Source: an uncultured delta proteobacterium (lineage in GTDB: Bacteria; Desulfobacterota; BSN033; UBA1163). Taken from it: a stretch of DNA of 64,000 bases. Under the pieces are notes generated by a model. It saw only the letters and a program-made list of their open reading frames with translations, had not been told where the DNA came from and searched no databases. The stretch spans positions 70,485-134,484 of the forward strand of contig CAVOIK010000022.1 in NCBI GenBank assembly GCA_963695895.1, in the 5' to 3' direction. Shown piece by piece: positions 11,041-20,011 of this stretch; position 1 is the stretch's first letter, and the number at the start of each line of letters is the position of its first letter. The translations under genes and the position numbers were made by a program.

Positions 11041-11889
11041 ATGGACGAGTCAGAGACCATCGAACGAGAAAGGTTCTTTCGACCCGAAAGGAAGACCGAG
11101 GGTCAGGGCGGAGAAAAATTCCGAAAGGTGTTGAAAAAGGCCATCCAGGTCTCTTCCGCTCTCTTGATTCTTTCTTTTCTCGTCTTCTTCGGTCATCAAG
11201 CGTATACCCAACTACTCGCAAACCCCTCGTTTCGAGTCAGGGATATACAAGTTCAGGGATGTGGCAAGATTACGAAGGAAAGCCTTCTCTCGTTGGCTTC
11301 GATCGAGGGGATGCCCAATCTGTTCACCGTGCGAGTGAAGGACATTGGCAAACGGTTAGAGTCTCATCCCTGGATTGAAGCCGTGGGTGTCAGAAAAGTT
11401 TTTCCCAACCGAATCATGATCGAAGTTCAGGAACGAAAGCCGATCGCCATCATCCAACTGGAGGATCTCTACTACATTGACGCCAAAGGCGTGATTTTTG
11501 CCCGGGTTGGAGATCGAGATCGATACAACTATCCTATCGTGACGGGGCTGAATCGGGAAGCGTTGGACCGCGAGCCTGAGGAGACGAAGCAGTCCATCAC
11601 GAAGGCGATGGAGCTGTTATGGATGGCAGAGAAGGAGAGGGTCGATCCTTTAGAAGACATTTCAGAGATCCATCTCGAAAAGATCTTCGGCATTCAATGT
11701 TTCACCAAGGCAGGGGGAGTGAGAGTCGACATGGGATGGGACGATTTTGGAGAGAAGCTGAAGCGTGTGTCCATGGTGTGGGCCGATCTTCAGAAGAGAA
11801 AGATCTCTGCGGTCTCCATCGATTGCAGTGATCCCAACCGGGTCGTCGTTAAAAAGGCCCCGGACAAAAACGGGTCCAAAAGGAGGTGA
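11041..11889 (+). CDS. ftsQ: FtsQ (POTRA-domain division protein)
   Basis: 282-aa ORF with one N-terminal TM ('SSALLILSFLVFFG') followed by a POTRA-like segment ('FRVRDIQVQG...'). It lies between ddl and ftsA. Confidence 0.8.
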   Translation: MDESETIERERFFRPERKTEGQGGEKFRKVLKKAIQVSSALLILSFLVFFGHQAYTQLLANPSFRVRDIQVQGCGKITKESLLSLASIEGMPNLFTVRVKDIGKRLESHPWIEAVGVRKVFPNRIMIEVQERKPIAIIQLEDLYYIDAKGVIFARVGDRDRYNYPIVTGLNREALDREPEETKQSITKAMELLWMAEKERVDPLEDISEIHLEKIFGIQCFTKAGGVRVDMGWDDFGEKLKRVSMVWADLQKRKISAVSIDCSDPNRVVVKKAPDKNGSKRR

Positions 11890-11896
11890 GGCCGAA

Positions 11897-13123
11897 GTGG
11901 GTAAGAAAGAAGCGGTGGTGGTGGGGCTCGATATTGGAACCACAAAGATCTGTGCGGTGGTTGGGCAGATCAACGAGGGTCAGGTGGACATCATTGGACT
12001 TGGGACCTACCCATCGAAAGGCCTGAGAAAAGGGGTCGTGGTCAATATCGACAGCACGGTTCAGTCGATCAAGAAGGCCATCGAAGAAGCCGAGCTCATG
12101 GCTGGGTGTCAGATTACCTCGGTCTATGCGGGCATCGCAGGGGGACACATCAAGGGGATCAACAGCCACGGAGTGATTGCGGTTAAGAATCGAGAGATTA
12201 CCTCGAACGATGTGAAGCGTGTGATCGATGCTGCGAGTGCCGTGGCCATTCCCATGGACCGGGAAGTGATTCACATCATTCCCCAGGAGTTCATTGTGGA
12301 CGAGCAGGATGGCATTCGGGATCCGGTCGGGATCACAGGGATCCGACTCGAAGGAAGGGTTCATATCGTTACGGGAGCTATCACCTCTGCCCAGAACATC
12401 ATCAAATGCGCCAATCGGGCGGGGCTGGACGTCAATGACATCGTCCTAGAGCAACTGGGGTCCAGTGAAGCGGTGCTCATGCCTGAGGAGAAGGAATTGG
12501 GCGTTGCCATCATCGACCTGGGTGGAGGAACGACCGATCTCGTGATCTTTTCCAATGGCGCCATTAAGCATACGGCAGTCGTCGCGCTGGCGGGAAATCA
12601 CATCACCAATGACATTTCCATGGGGCTTCGGACGCCGCTGGAAGAGGCGGAGAAGATCAAGAAGCGTTACGGATGCGCCCTGGCGAGCATGGTCCAAAAG
12701 GATGAGACGATCGAAGTTCCGAGCGTAGGGGGTCGAAACCCTCGAGTCCTGTCCAGACAGACTCTCGCAGAGATCGTTGAACCGCGAGTTGAAGAGATTC
12801 TTACTTTGGTCCACCACGAAGTGATGAAGACAGGATATGCAAACCTCATCGCTTCAGGCATCATCCTTACGGGTGGCACCGCTGTGCTGGAAGGACTGCC
12901 CGAGCTCGCCGAGCAGATTTTCAACCTACCCGTTCGGCGCGGATTACCGATCGGCATCGGCGGATTGGTGGACCTGGTGCATAGCCCGATGTATGCGACG
13001 GGAGTGGGTCTTGTCCTCTACGGGAGCAAGCACGAGACCCAAAGCAGGTTCAAGATCGGGGAAGCGAATATTTTCAGTAAGGTGACCCATCGCATGAAGG
13101 AGTGGATTGGTGAGTTCTTTTGA
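11897..13123 (+). CDS. ftsA: FtsA (actin-like division protein)
   Basis: 'VVGLDIGTTKICAVVG' and 'IIDLGGGTTDL'. GTG 11897 is preceded by RBS aggagg (11881-11886). The ORF-track start at 11765 would overlap ftsQ by 125 nt. Confidence 0.9.
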   Translation: MGKKEAVVVGLDIGTTKICAVVGQINEGQVDIIGLGTYPSKGLRKGVVVNIDSTVQSIKKAIEEAELMAGCQITSVYAGIAGGHIKGINSHGVIAVKNREITSNDVKRVIDAASAVAIPMDREVIHIIPQEFIVDEQDGIRDPVGITGIRLEGRVHIVTGAITSAQNIIKCANRAGLDVNDIVLEQLGSSEAVLMPEEKELGVAIIDLGGGTTDLVIFSNGAIKHTAVVALAGNHITNDISMGLRTPLEEAEKIKKRYGCALASMVQKDETIEVPSVGGRNPRVLSRQTLAEIVEPRVEEILTLVHHEVMKTGYANLIASGIILTGGTAVLEGLPELAEQIFNLPVRRGLPIGIGGLVDLVHSPMYATGVGLVLYGSKHETQSRFKIGEANIFSKVTHRMKEWIGEFF

Positions 13124-13237
13124 GAGAATGATGGGGGATTGGAATATGGGAAGTCTGGGAGAAATCAAGAAATCTTTGAGACCCAACATTCCATTATTCC
13201 ATCGCTCCAGTATTCCATCTCCACAGAGGAGGGAGAA

Positions 13238-14446
13238 ATGATCGAATTCGACGAGAACAAGAGTTTAGCCGCCAAGGTCAGAATCGTCGGTATTGGGGGA
13301 GGTGGCAACAATGCCATCAATACGATGATTTCATATCAACTCTCCGGTGTCGATTTTGTTGCAGCCAACACCGATGCTCAAGCCCTTGCTGCAAGCAAAG
13401 CCCCCTTCAAACTCCAATTGGGAACAACCCTCACAAAGGGTCTTGGGGCCGGAGCGAATCCGGAGATCGGGAGAAAGGCTGCTTTGGAAGACATCGAGAT
13501 GATTCGAGAGGCCCTCAAGGGTTCGGACATGGTCTTCATTACAGCCGGGCTGGGCGGGGGTACAGGCACAGGAGGCGCCCCGGTGATCGCGGAGGTCGCT
13601 CGGGAGTTGGGAGCCCTGACCGTGGCCGTCGTCACGAAGCCTTTCCATTTTGAAGGAAAGAAAAGGATGAGACAGGCTGAAGAGGGACTCGCCAACCTTC
13701 GGATGAGCGCCGATGCCTTGATTACGATTCCAAATCAGCGGCTCCTGAGCATCAGCGGGAAAAGTATGACCCTCCTGGAGGCCTTCAAGAAGGCGGACGA
13801 AATACTCTACCATGCGGCCAAGGGGATTTCTGACATTATCGTGGGTCACGGAATTATCAACGTAGACTTTGCGGATGTCCGGACCATCATGTTGGAGACC
13901 GGAGTGGCCCTCATGGGGACAGGAATGGCCACAGGTGAGAGTCGAGCTGTAGAAGCGGCACAGAAGGCGATCTCGAGTCCTCTTTTAGAGGATGTTTCTA
14001 TCGAAGGAGCCCGAGGCCTCCTCATTAACATTACGGGAGGACCCAACATGACCCTCAACGAGATCAACGAGGCCACCACGCTGATTCACAAAGAGGCTCA
14101 CGAAGATGCGAACATCATCTGGGGTATGGTGATTGACTCCACCATGCAGGACGAACTACGGGTCACGGTGATTGCGACCGGCTTTGGGAAGGCGGAGGAG
14201 AAAGCAGTCCCAGCGACCTCGGCTGCAACCACCACAGCGACCACTGCCGCGACCATCGCCCGATTGAAGAAGATTGCCCCTGTGTCTCTCAACACAAAAG
14301 AGAACAGAGACATCCCGGCCTTCCTCCGACGGGTGAAGACGAATGAGCGATACGATGAGGTGAAACTCGATGAATCGACCGAAGTCTCCGTAGAGGACGA
14401 AGATCGGTTTGACATCCCGACGTTTTTGAGAAAACAGGCCGATTAG
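13238..14446 (+). CDS. ftsZ: FtsZ (tubulin-like division GTPase)
   Basis: '[12 protein letters not shown]', tubulin signature '[13 protein letters not shown]', and C-terminal peptide '[11 protein letters not shown]'. ATG 13238 follows 'gaggagggagaa'. Confidence 0.95.
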   Translation: MIEFDENKSLAAKVRIVGIGGGGNNAINTMISYQLSGVDFVAANTDAQALAASKAPFKLQLGTTLTKGLGAGANPEIGRKAALEDIEMIREALKGSDMVFITAGLGGGTGTGGAPVIAEVARELGALTVAVVTKPFHFEGKKRMRQAEEGLANLRMSADALITIPNQRLLSISGKSMTLLEAFKKADEILYHAAKGISDIIVGHGIINVDFADVRTIMLETGVALMGTGMATGESRAVEAAQKAISSPLLEDVSIEGARGLLINITGGPNMTLNEINEATTLIHKEAHEDANIIWGMVIDSTMQDELRVTVIATGFGKAEEKAVPATSAATTTATTAATIARLKKIAPVSLNTKENRDIPAFLRRVKTNERYDEVKLDESTEVSVEDEDRFDIPTFLRKQAD

Positions 14447-14567
14447 TTTCGTAAGGCGTGAGGGGTTAGGGGTAAAAGGTCTATGACAGGCAAGACTTCC
14501 GTGACCTGAGAAAAATCTGTTATAGTTAGTCTGCCACTTACCACTGACGACTTGCGACTTACGAAAA

Positions 14568-16283
14568 ATGATTTCCTGGAAGCTCGTTCAAAGAGCAAAA
14601 CAGATTCTTGAGAACGAAAGGGGAACGGTTCACAAGCCATGGGGTGGAAGAATTGCGATCTGTCTCATCTATCCCAACCACTATGCGGTGGGCATGTCCA
14701 GCCTGGGGTTTCAGACCGTTTACCGATGTCTGAACGCCGAAGACGATGTCGTCTGCGAAAGGGCCTTCCTTCCTGACCCGGACGACCTCCGGGAGTACCG
14801 CGAAACTCAGACTCCTCTTCTCTCCCTCGAATCTCAGAAACCGCTCTCTGATTTCGATATCCTGGCCTTCTCACTCTCTTTTGAGAACGATTTCATCAAT
14901 ATCCTGACGCTCCTGGACCTTGCGCGCATTCCCAAAGAGAGACAGTTGCGCGGCAAAGGTTCCCCATTGGTCACGGGGGGAGGTGTCGCCGTTTTTTTAA
15001 ACCCGGAGCCTCTCAGTGATTTCTTCGACTTCTTCGTACTCGGTGAGGCAGAGGAGGTCATTAAGGAATTTCTCCAGGTGATTCGAGCGGCTCTCTCGGC
15101 AAGGGGCGAGACGAGCAGAGAGACCCTCTTAAGACGACTCGGAGCCGTTGAAGGAATTTATGTTCCTGCCTTCTATCATGTGACTTACGGGGCGGATGGA
15201 AAGATAGAGGCCATGGTTCCGGAGGCAGGATTCCCGCGGCAGATCAAGAGGCGATGGGTAAAAGATCTTGACCCCATTCCTGCTCAATCGGTTCTCTTCA
15301 CGGCGGATACTGAATTTAAAGATATGGCGTTGGTGGAGGTGAATCGTGGTTGTCCCCGCGGTTGCCGTTTCTGTGGCGCCTGTTTTGTCTATCATCCTTT
15401 TCGGAATCGAAGCCTCCCAGTCCTCGAATCCCTTTCGGTAGAAGCTCTAACCAAGGAGCCACGGATCGGCCTCGCAGGCACGGCAGTCTCTGATTACGGA
15501 CAACTTCTTCCATTGTGTCAGGCGATCCTGACCCAGCGAGGAAGATTTTCGTTGAGTTCCTTGCGGGTGGATGCGATCACTCCTTCCCTTGCTCAGTGTC
15601 TGAATCAGAGCGATGTCCATACGGTGGCGATTGCACCCGAGGCTGGATCCGAGAGGCTTCGAAGGGTGTTGAAGAAAGGCTACAAGGAAGAGGAAATCTT
15701 GGAGGCCGTGAACACATTGGTCGAGAACGGCCTTTTTCAAATCAAGAGCTATTTCATGATCGGCCTTCCCTCAGAGACGGATGAAGACGTGAGAGCCATT
15801 GTGCACCTGGCCAAGCGGATTCGCCATCAGGTGGTTTCGAACCCCAAAACGCAAAAACGCAAATGGAAGTTGGTTCTGAGTGTCAATCCTTTTATCCCAA
15901 AGCCCGCCACACCCTTTCAGTGGACCGCCTTGGATAGCGTAGAGGAGCTCAAGAGAAAACTGAGGACGATCCAAAGAGAACTCAAGGGAGAAAAACAGAT
16001 CAATATGATCCACGACCTTCCGAAGTGGGCCTATGTCCAAGCACTGCTCTCAAGGGGAGATCGGAGAGTGGGGAAGATGTTGCTGGAAGCTCATCGGTGG
16101 CAGGGAAATTGGCCGCGGGCCTTTCGGGAATCGAGCCTCAACCCAGACTTCTTCGTCCATCGGACGAGAGATCTGGATGAGGTCTTCCCGTGGGACTTCA
16201 TTGACCACGGCATCCCAAAGGAGAAGCTAAAAGAAGAGTATCTCAAGGCGATGAAAGAAGCAGATATAAAGATCACAAGTTGA
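14568..16283 (+). CDS. radical SAM protein with an N-terminal B12-binding-like domain (resembles the uncharacterised TIGR03960-type family, from memory)
   Basis: 571-aa ORF with the CxxxCxxC cluster 'CPRGCRFCGAC' and N-terminus 'IYPNHYAVGMSSLGFQ'. Confidence 0.75.
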   Translation: MISWKLVQRAKQILENERGTVHKPWGGRIAICLIYPNHYAVGMSSLGFQTVYRCLNAEDDVVCERAFLPDPDDLREYRETQTPLLSLESQKPLSDFDILAFSLSFENDFINILTLLDLARIPKERQLRGKGSPLVTGGGVAVFLNPEPLSDFFDFFVLGEAEEVIKEFLQVIRAALSARGETSRETLLRRLGAVEGIYVPAFYHVTYGADGKIEAMVPEAGFPRQIKRRWVKDLDPIPAQSVLFTADTEFKDMALVEVNRGCPRGCRFCGACFVYHPFRNRSLPVLESLSVEALTKEPRIGLAGTAVSDYGQLLPLCQAILTQRGRFSLSSLRVDAITPSLAQCLNQSDVHTVAIAPEAGSERLRRVLKKGYKEEEILEAVNTLVENGLFQIKSYFMIGLPSETDEDVRAIVHLAKRIRHQVVSNPKTQKRKWKLVLSVNPFIPKPATPFQWTALDSVEELKRKLRTIQRELKGEKQINMIHDLPKWAYVQALLSRGDRRVGKMLLEAHRWQGNWPRAFRESSLNPDFFVHRTRDLDEVFPWDFIDHGIPKEKLKEEYLKAMKEADIKITS

Positions 16284-16396
16284 GTGGGTTGAGTAAGTAG
16301 AGTAAGTTAAGTCAGTGAGTAAGTTGAATGGGTAGTATCTTGAATAACCCAATAACTTAATCACCAATGACTTAATAACTTAATGACGAATGACCA

Positions 16397-17152
16397 GTGA
16401 GTAATGACTCAATGAACTCTGTAGTTCAACGACTGGAGGTTGTGATGAAGACTGAAAACGTTTCTTTTGAAAGCGAAGGACAGAAGATTGCTGGAGTTCT
16501 CCATCTTCCTGATAAATCCAAGCCTCCCTGTGTCATCGCATCTCACGGTCTTCTCGCGAGCAAGGACAGCGACAAGTATGTGCTTCTTGGAGAAAAATTG
16601 ACTCAGGAAGGCATTGCTTTCCTGCGTTTCGACTTCAGGGGATGCGGTGAGAGTGAAGGGAAAATTGAAGAGAACACGATCACCGGAAGGATCGCGGACT
16701 TGGATTCCGCAATTAACTTCATTCGATCCTATCGGGGCTTGAAAAAGCGGATCGGGCTCCTGGGGTCAAGCCTTGGAGGCTACGTTTCGTTAATCAAGGC
16801 TTCGAGAGATCCGGAGATTCGGACATCGGTGGTCTGGGCGACCCCTTTTCATCTCGATGATCTCGAAGCAAAAAAGGGGACAGAGGACATTCCTCTCCTG
16901 GGAGAGACCTTTTTCACCGACCTCTTAAACTACCGCCTCCAGCCTCTCTTGCAGCAGGTGACCCACTGTTTGGTGATTCACGGTGAGAAGGATGAAATCG
17001 TTCCCATGGATCAGGGATGGGAGATCTTCCATCTTCTTGGGTCTCCCAAAGAGATACGCATCATCGAAGGAGCTGACCACCGGCTAACCCATCCAGACCA
17101 TCGCCAGCGGGCAACGGATCTCAGTGTGGCGTGGTTTAAGAAGTTCCTTTGA
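16397..17152 (+). CDS. alpha/beta-fold hydrolase
   Basis: 251-aa ORF with nucleophile elbow 'GSSLG' and a C-terminal 'GADHRL' histidine. The true start may be the internal Met at 16445. Confidence 0.65.
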   Translation: MSNDSMNSVVQRLEVVMKTENVSFESEGQKIAGVLHLPDKSKPPCVIASHGLLASKDSDKYVLLGEKLTQEGIAFLRFDFRGCGESEGKIEENTITGRIADLDSAINFIRSYRGLKKRIGLLGSSLGGYVSLIKASRDPEIRTSVVWATPFHLDDLEAKKGTEDIPLLGETFFTDLLNYRLQPLLQQVTHCLVIHGEKDEIVPMDQGWEIFHLLGSPKEIRIIEGADHRLTHPDHRQRATDLSVAWFKKFL

Positions 17153-17502
17153 ACTGGCTTTTCAGGCCGATTGCTCGATTGTCTTTGGCCTACCTACAGA
17201 TGCAGAGCAGCCAGCGACCCTCCTGTACAATTTTTCGCTCTTGGTTTTGTTAGCAACTCAATCCTATTTTACCCATCCATTGACGATTTGCCTACCCATG
17301 TGCGTATTTTAACCATTTGGATTCTTCACGCCACTGTAACCCTTCATAGAGGTTGACCTTTCTCAGAGTGTGGAAAACAGCGTGGGCGGTAAATTTCTAT
17401 ACATGGAATTTTCAGATTTTGTAACCTCGCTGATGGCCTGATCTGCTCTTCTAGTCATAAAAATATCAATAACTTCAAACGCTTATAGACATCACATGCG
17501 GC

Positions 17503-17518
17503 TGGCACAATACTTGCT
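17503..17518 (+). promoter_or_regulatory. sigma-54 (RpoN) -24/-12 promoter
   Basis: 'TGGCACaatacTTGCT' matches TGGCAC-N5-TTGCW exactly, with the canonical GG-to-GC spacing. It lies in a 590-nt ORF-free AT-rich spacer, 224 nt upstream of ATG 17742. Confidence 0.6.
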
Positions 17519-17741
17519 ATATAGCAGACTGTAATCATTAAGCAATAACCAGAAAGGGGGGGCCATGAGGCTTTGAAGGAGCGCACTATGGATTTGCGCG
17601 TGTAGGACAGTTAATTTGTCAGAGTTAGTCTATCAGGCTGAATGTCGGGGAAAGAGTGAAAAAATGAATGTGAGTATGAGTAAAACTGAGATAAAGAAAA
17701 GACCTATTAGAGGAGGGTCTAGCGTGAAAGGAGGGTTTGAA

Positions 17742-19782
17742 ATGAAGAAGAATTACTTGGCATTGGTGATGGGGTTATTCCTGCTGTCAGTAGGAGTGTC
17801 GGCATGGGGTGCTGATGTGACGCAGGAGCTGTATTTCACAAAGAAGACAACTCTTACGGCTGGCGCAACCTATACTTTTAGGTTCAGTCTATGGGATGCC
17901 GAGACAGGGGGGAACTGAGGTATGGTCTGAAGAGAAACAGGTCACATTGATCAGGAACGACCATAAAGACTTATCTTGGAGACTCGGAATTGACACCATT
18001 CGTTGGAGTTGATTTTTCCCAGCAGTATGTGGGTTCAGGTGGAACGAGTAGAAAAAAAATGACGACCTTGTCGTGATAGGAAACAAGAGGAGCAAGCTTG
18101 GAGTCGTTCCTTACGCCATGTGGGCGGTAGTATCTGCAGAATGGTCCTGTAGGAGCGACTGGACCGACAGGACCCACGGGTGACACAGGGCCGACTGGAC
18201 CTACGGGGCCTACAGGAGCGACTGGAGCCGATGGGTCCGATTGGAGCTACAGGGTCCTACGGGAGCGACAGGAGCCGACTGGAGCCAGGTCCGACTGGAG
18301 CTTACAGGTCCTACGGGAGCCAGGTCCACGGGAGCACAGGGCCGACTGGAGCCACAGGGAGCCACGGGTGTCGGCAACTTTCGCGGTGCGTGGGATGATT
18401 GCAACACCGTATGCTACTCGATGACATTGTAACGGACCTGGGTCAGACCTGGCTGGCACTCAGCCCGACTACAGGCGTCCAGCCCGTCGAGGGCGCCGAT
18501 TGGACGCTCATGGCTGCAAAGGGCGACACGGGAGCGACAGGGGCGACAGGAGCCGATGGATCGATTGGACCTACAGGGCCTACGGGGCGACTGGGCCAGG
18601 GAACTGGAGCGACTGGGCCACAGGATCCACAGGAAATACGGGAGCGCCGGGTGCTACAGGAGCCACGGGAGCCACAGGAGATCCGGACTGCGGGCCACAG
18701 GGCTCGACTGGAACAGGTATAACAGTGTCGCCCGGGAGACACTAGATAATACTGGGACGACCACTTCGACCAGGTCTATACGGGTACTCTTAGCGGCACC
18801 GACCGGCACCAGGACCCATCGGGTGACGGTTACTGACCGGATCCAGTGTTATGTGATCCTCACGAGCTCTGTTCTCGCTGCAGGTAGCCAGACTGCGTAC
18901 GTGAGCTTCGCTGTTTAGGCAACGACAATGACCTACTGCTGACAGTACGACCCTTGTGCGTCAACATGGGACTAGCAGTGGCACCGGTCTGATCCAGGCC
19001 AGCGCAGTTAGGGTGTCACCGGACTCACCGCCGGGTCAACTGGACCCACAGGGCCGACTGGAGCCACAGGTGCTACGGGAGCCACAGGGGCAACCGGAAC
19101 CACGGGTTAACTGGAGCCACAGGTCCGACTGGAGCCGCACGGGTGATCAGGGTATTCAGGGTGTAGCAGGTCCGATTGGGCCGCAAGGGCCGATTGGGCC
19201 GACTAGGACCACAGGAGTCCAATAGGTCTTACGGGAGCCACAGGGGCTACGGGAGCCACAGGGCCGACGGGAGCCACAGGTGCGACGGAGCCAGGTCGCT
19301 ACGGGAGACACAGGGGCAACCGGAGCCACAGGTCCTACGGGAGACACAGGTCCGACTGGAGCCACAGGGCTTTCAGGAATCGCTGCCCAGGCTTTTTCAG
19401 CTGAGTCGGTGCTGCTAGTATCCCGACTAGCTCGGAATTTCTCGCACCGCCGGCGAGTGTGACCATTTCTGCTTCAGGGCAGAAAATTTATGTCAATTCG
19501 GTCAAGGGCTCTTGGCAGTTCGGCAGCGGGTGGAGCGAGCAATCTCGTTCTCGATATATGCTATAAAGAGTCAGCTGGTTCGATCACAGCCGTGGGACAC
19601 TCCTGAGTATGCAGGTCCCGCAGAATACCAAGGTGCCTATGGGCTTGAATGCGATCATTAGCGGCCTTGCCACAGGAACCTACGACGTGGGGCTATGCGG
19701 GTACGCTTCGGACTGCTGATCATCAGACTGGGATTTAATCGATTATGGATACACCTCTGCTTTCGTGTTTGTCACTCCATAA
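17742..19782 (+). pseudogene. collagen-like (Gly-X-Thr triplet repeat) secreted protein locus, heavily frame-disrupted; possibly two tandem genes
   Basis: RBS aaaggaggg precedes ATG 17742, followed by signal peptide 'MKKNYLALVMGLFLLSVGVSAWG'. The N-terminal domain ('TYTFRFSLWDAETGG'...'VVPYAMWA') can be read only by hopping frames. GXY tracts appear in all three + frames: '[22 protein letters not shown]' (ORF 18399), '[19 protein letters not shown]' (ORF 18500), 'GDQGIQGVAGPIGPQGPIGPT' (ORF 18956) and '[26 protein letters not shown]' (ORF 19280). The last stop is TAA 19780-19782. Confidence 0.7.
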
Positions 19783-19840
19783 TCGCAGGGGAGGGCGGGG
19801 CATGATCCCGCCCTTTACGATCCCACTGTAATTGTCAGAC

Positions 19841-19880
19841 GAACAAGAGCAGGGCCGATTCGGCTCTGCTCTTGTTCTTT
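19841..19880 (+). terminator. rho-independent terminator after the collagen-like locus
   Basis: 17-bp stem 'gaacaagagcagggccg / cggctctgctcttgttc' with one mismatch, followed by 'ttt'. A smaller GGGCGGGG/CCCGCCC hairpin precedes it at 19793-19813. Confidence 0.7.
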
Positions 19881-19887
19881 CCAGTGC

Positions 19888-19917
19888 TTGACAAACATCT
19901 TGATATCATGCAATAAA
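19888..19917 (+). promoter_or_regulatory. candidate sigma-70 promoter for the GT-C/TPR gene
   Basis: A perfect -35 TTGACA (19888-19893) is followed 17-18 nt later by a weak -10 ('caataaa'), about 95 nt upstream of ATG 20012. Confidence 0.3.
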
Positions 19918-20011
19918 CCGACTAAGATTCGTACGCTTCGTCACTCAAAGATTATTTTACAAATGACTCTTCGATATATTTATCTCGGACCCTCAGTGGC
20001 GAGGCTCGGTA

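Noticed and set aside
11765-11896. The N-terminal 44-aa extension of ftsA given by the ORF track.
   Set aside because: It would overlap ftsQ by 125 nt and is Arg/Ser/Pro-rich. GTG 11897 has a well-spaced aggagg RBS and yields the canonical FtsA N-terminus.
18140-19400. The short periodic repeats could be mistaken for a CRISPR array or other tandem array.
   Set aside because: The periodicity is 9 nt (GXY triplet units), not 28-37-nt repeats separated by unique spacers. There are no cas genes, and the translation gives collagen-like Gly-X-Thr tracts.
17742-19782. A diversity-generating retroelement (variable/template repeat pair) as an explanation for the similar collagen tracts.
   Set aside because: No reverse transcriptase or Avd-like gene is in the window. 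The two tracts differ by indels and general substitutions rather than adenine-specific changes. Their similarity is explained by GXY repeat coding.
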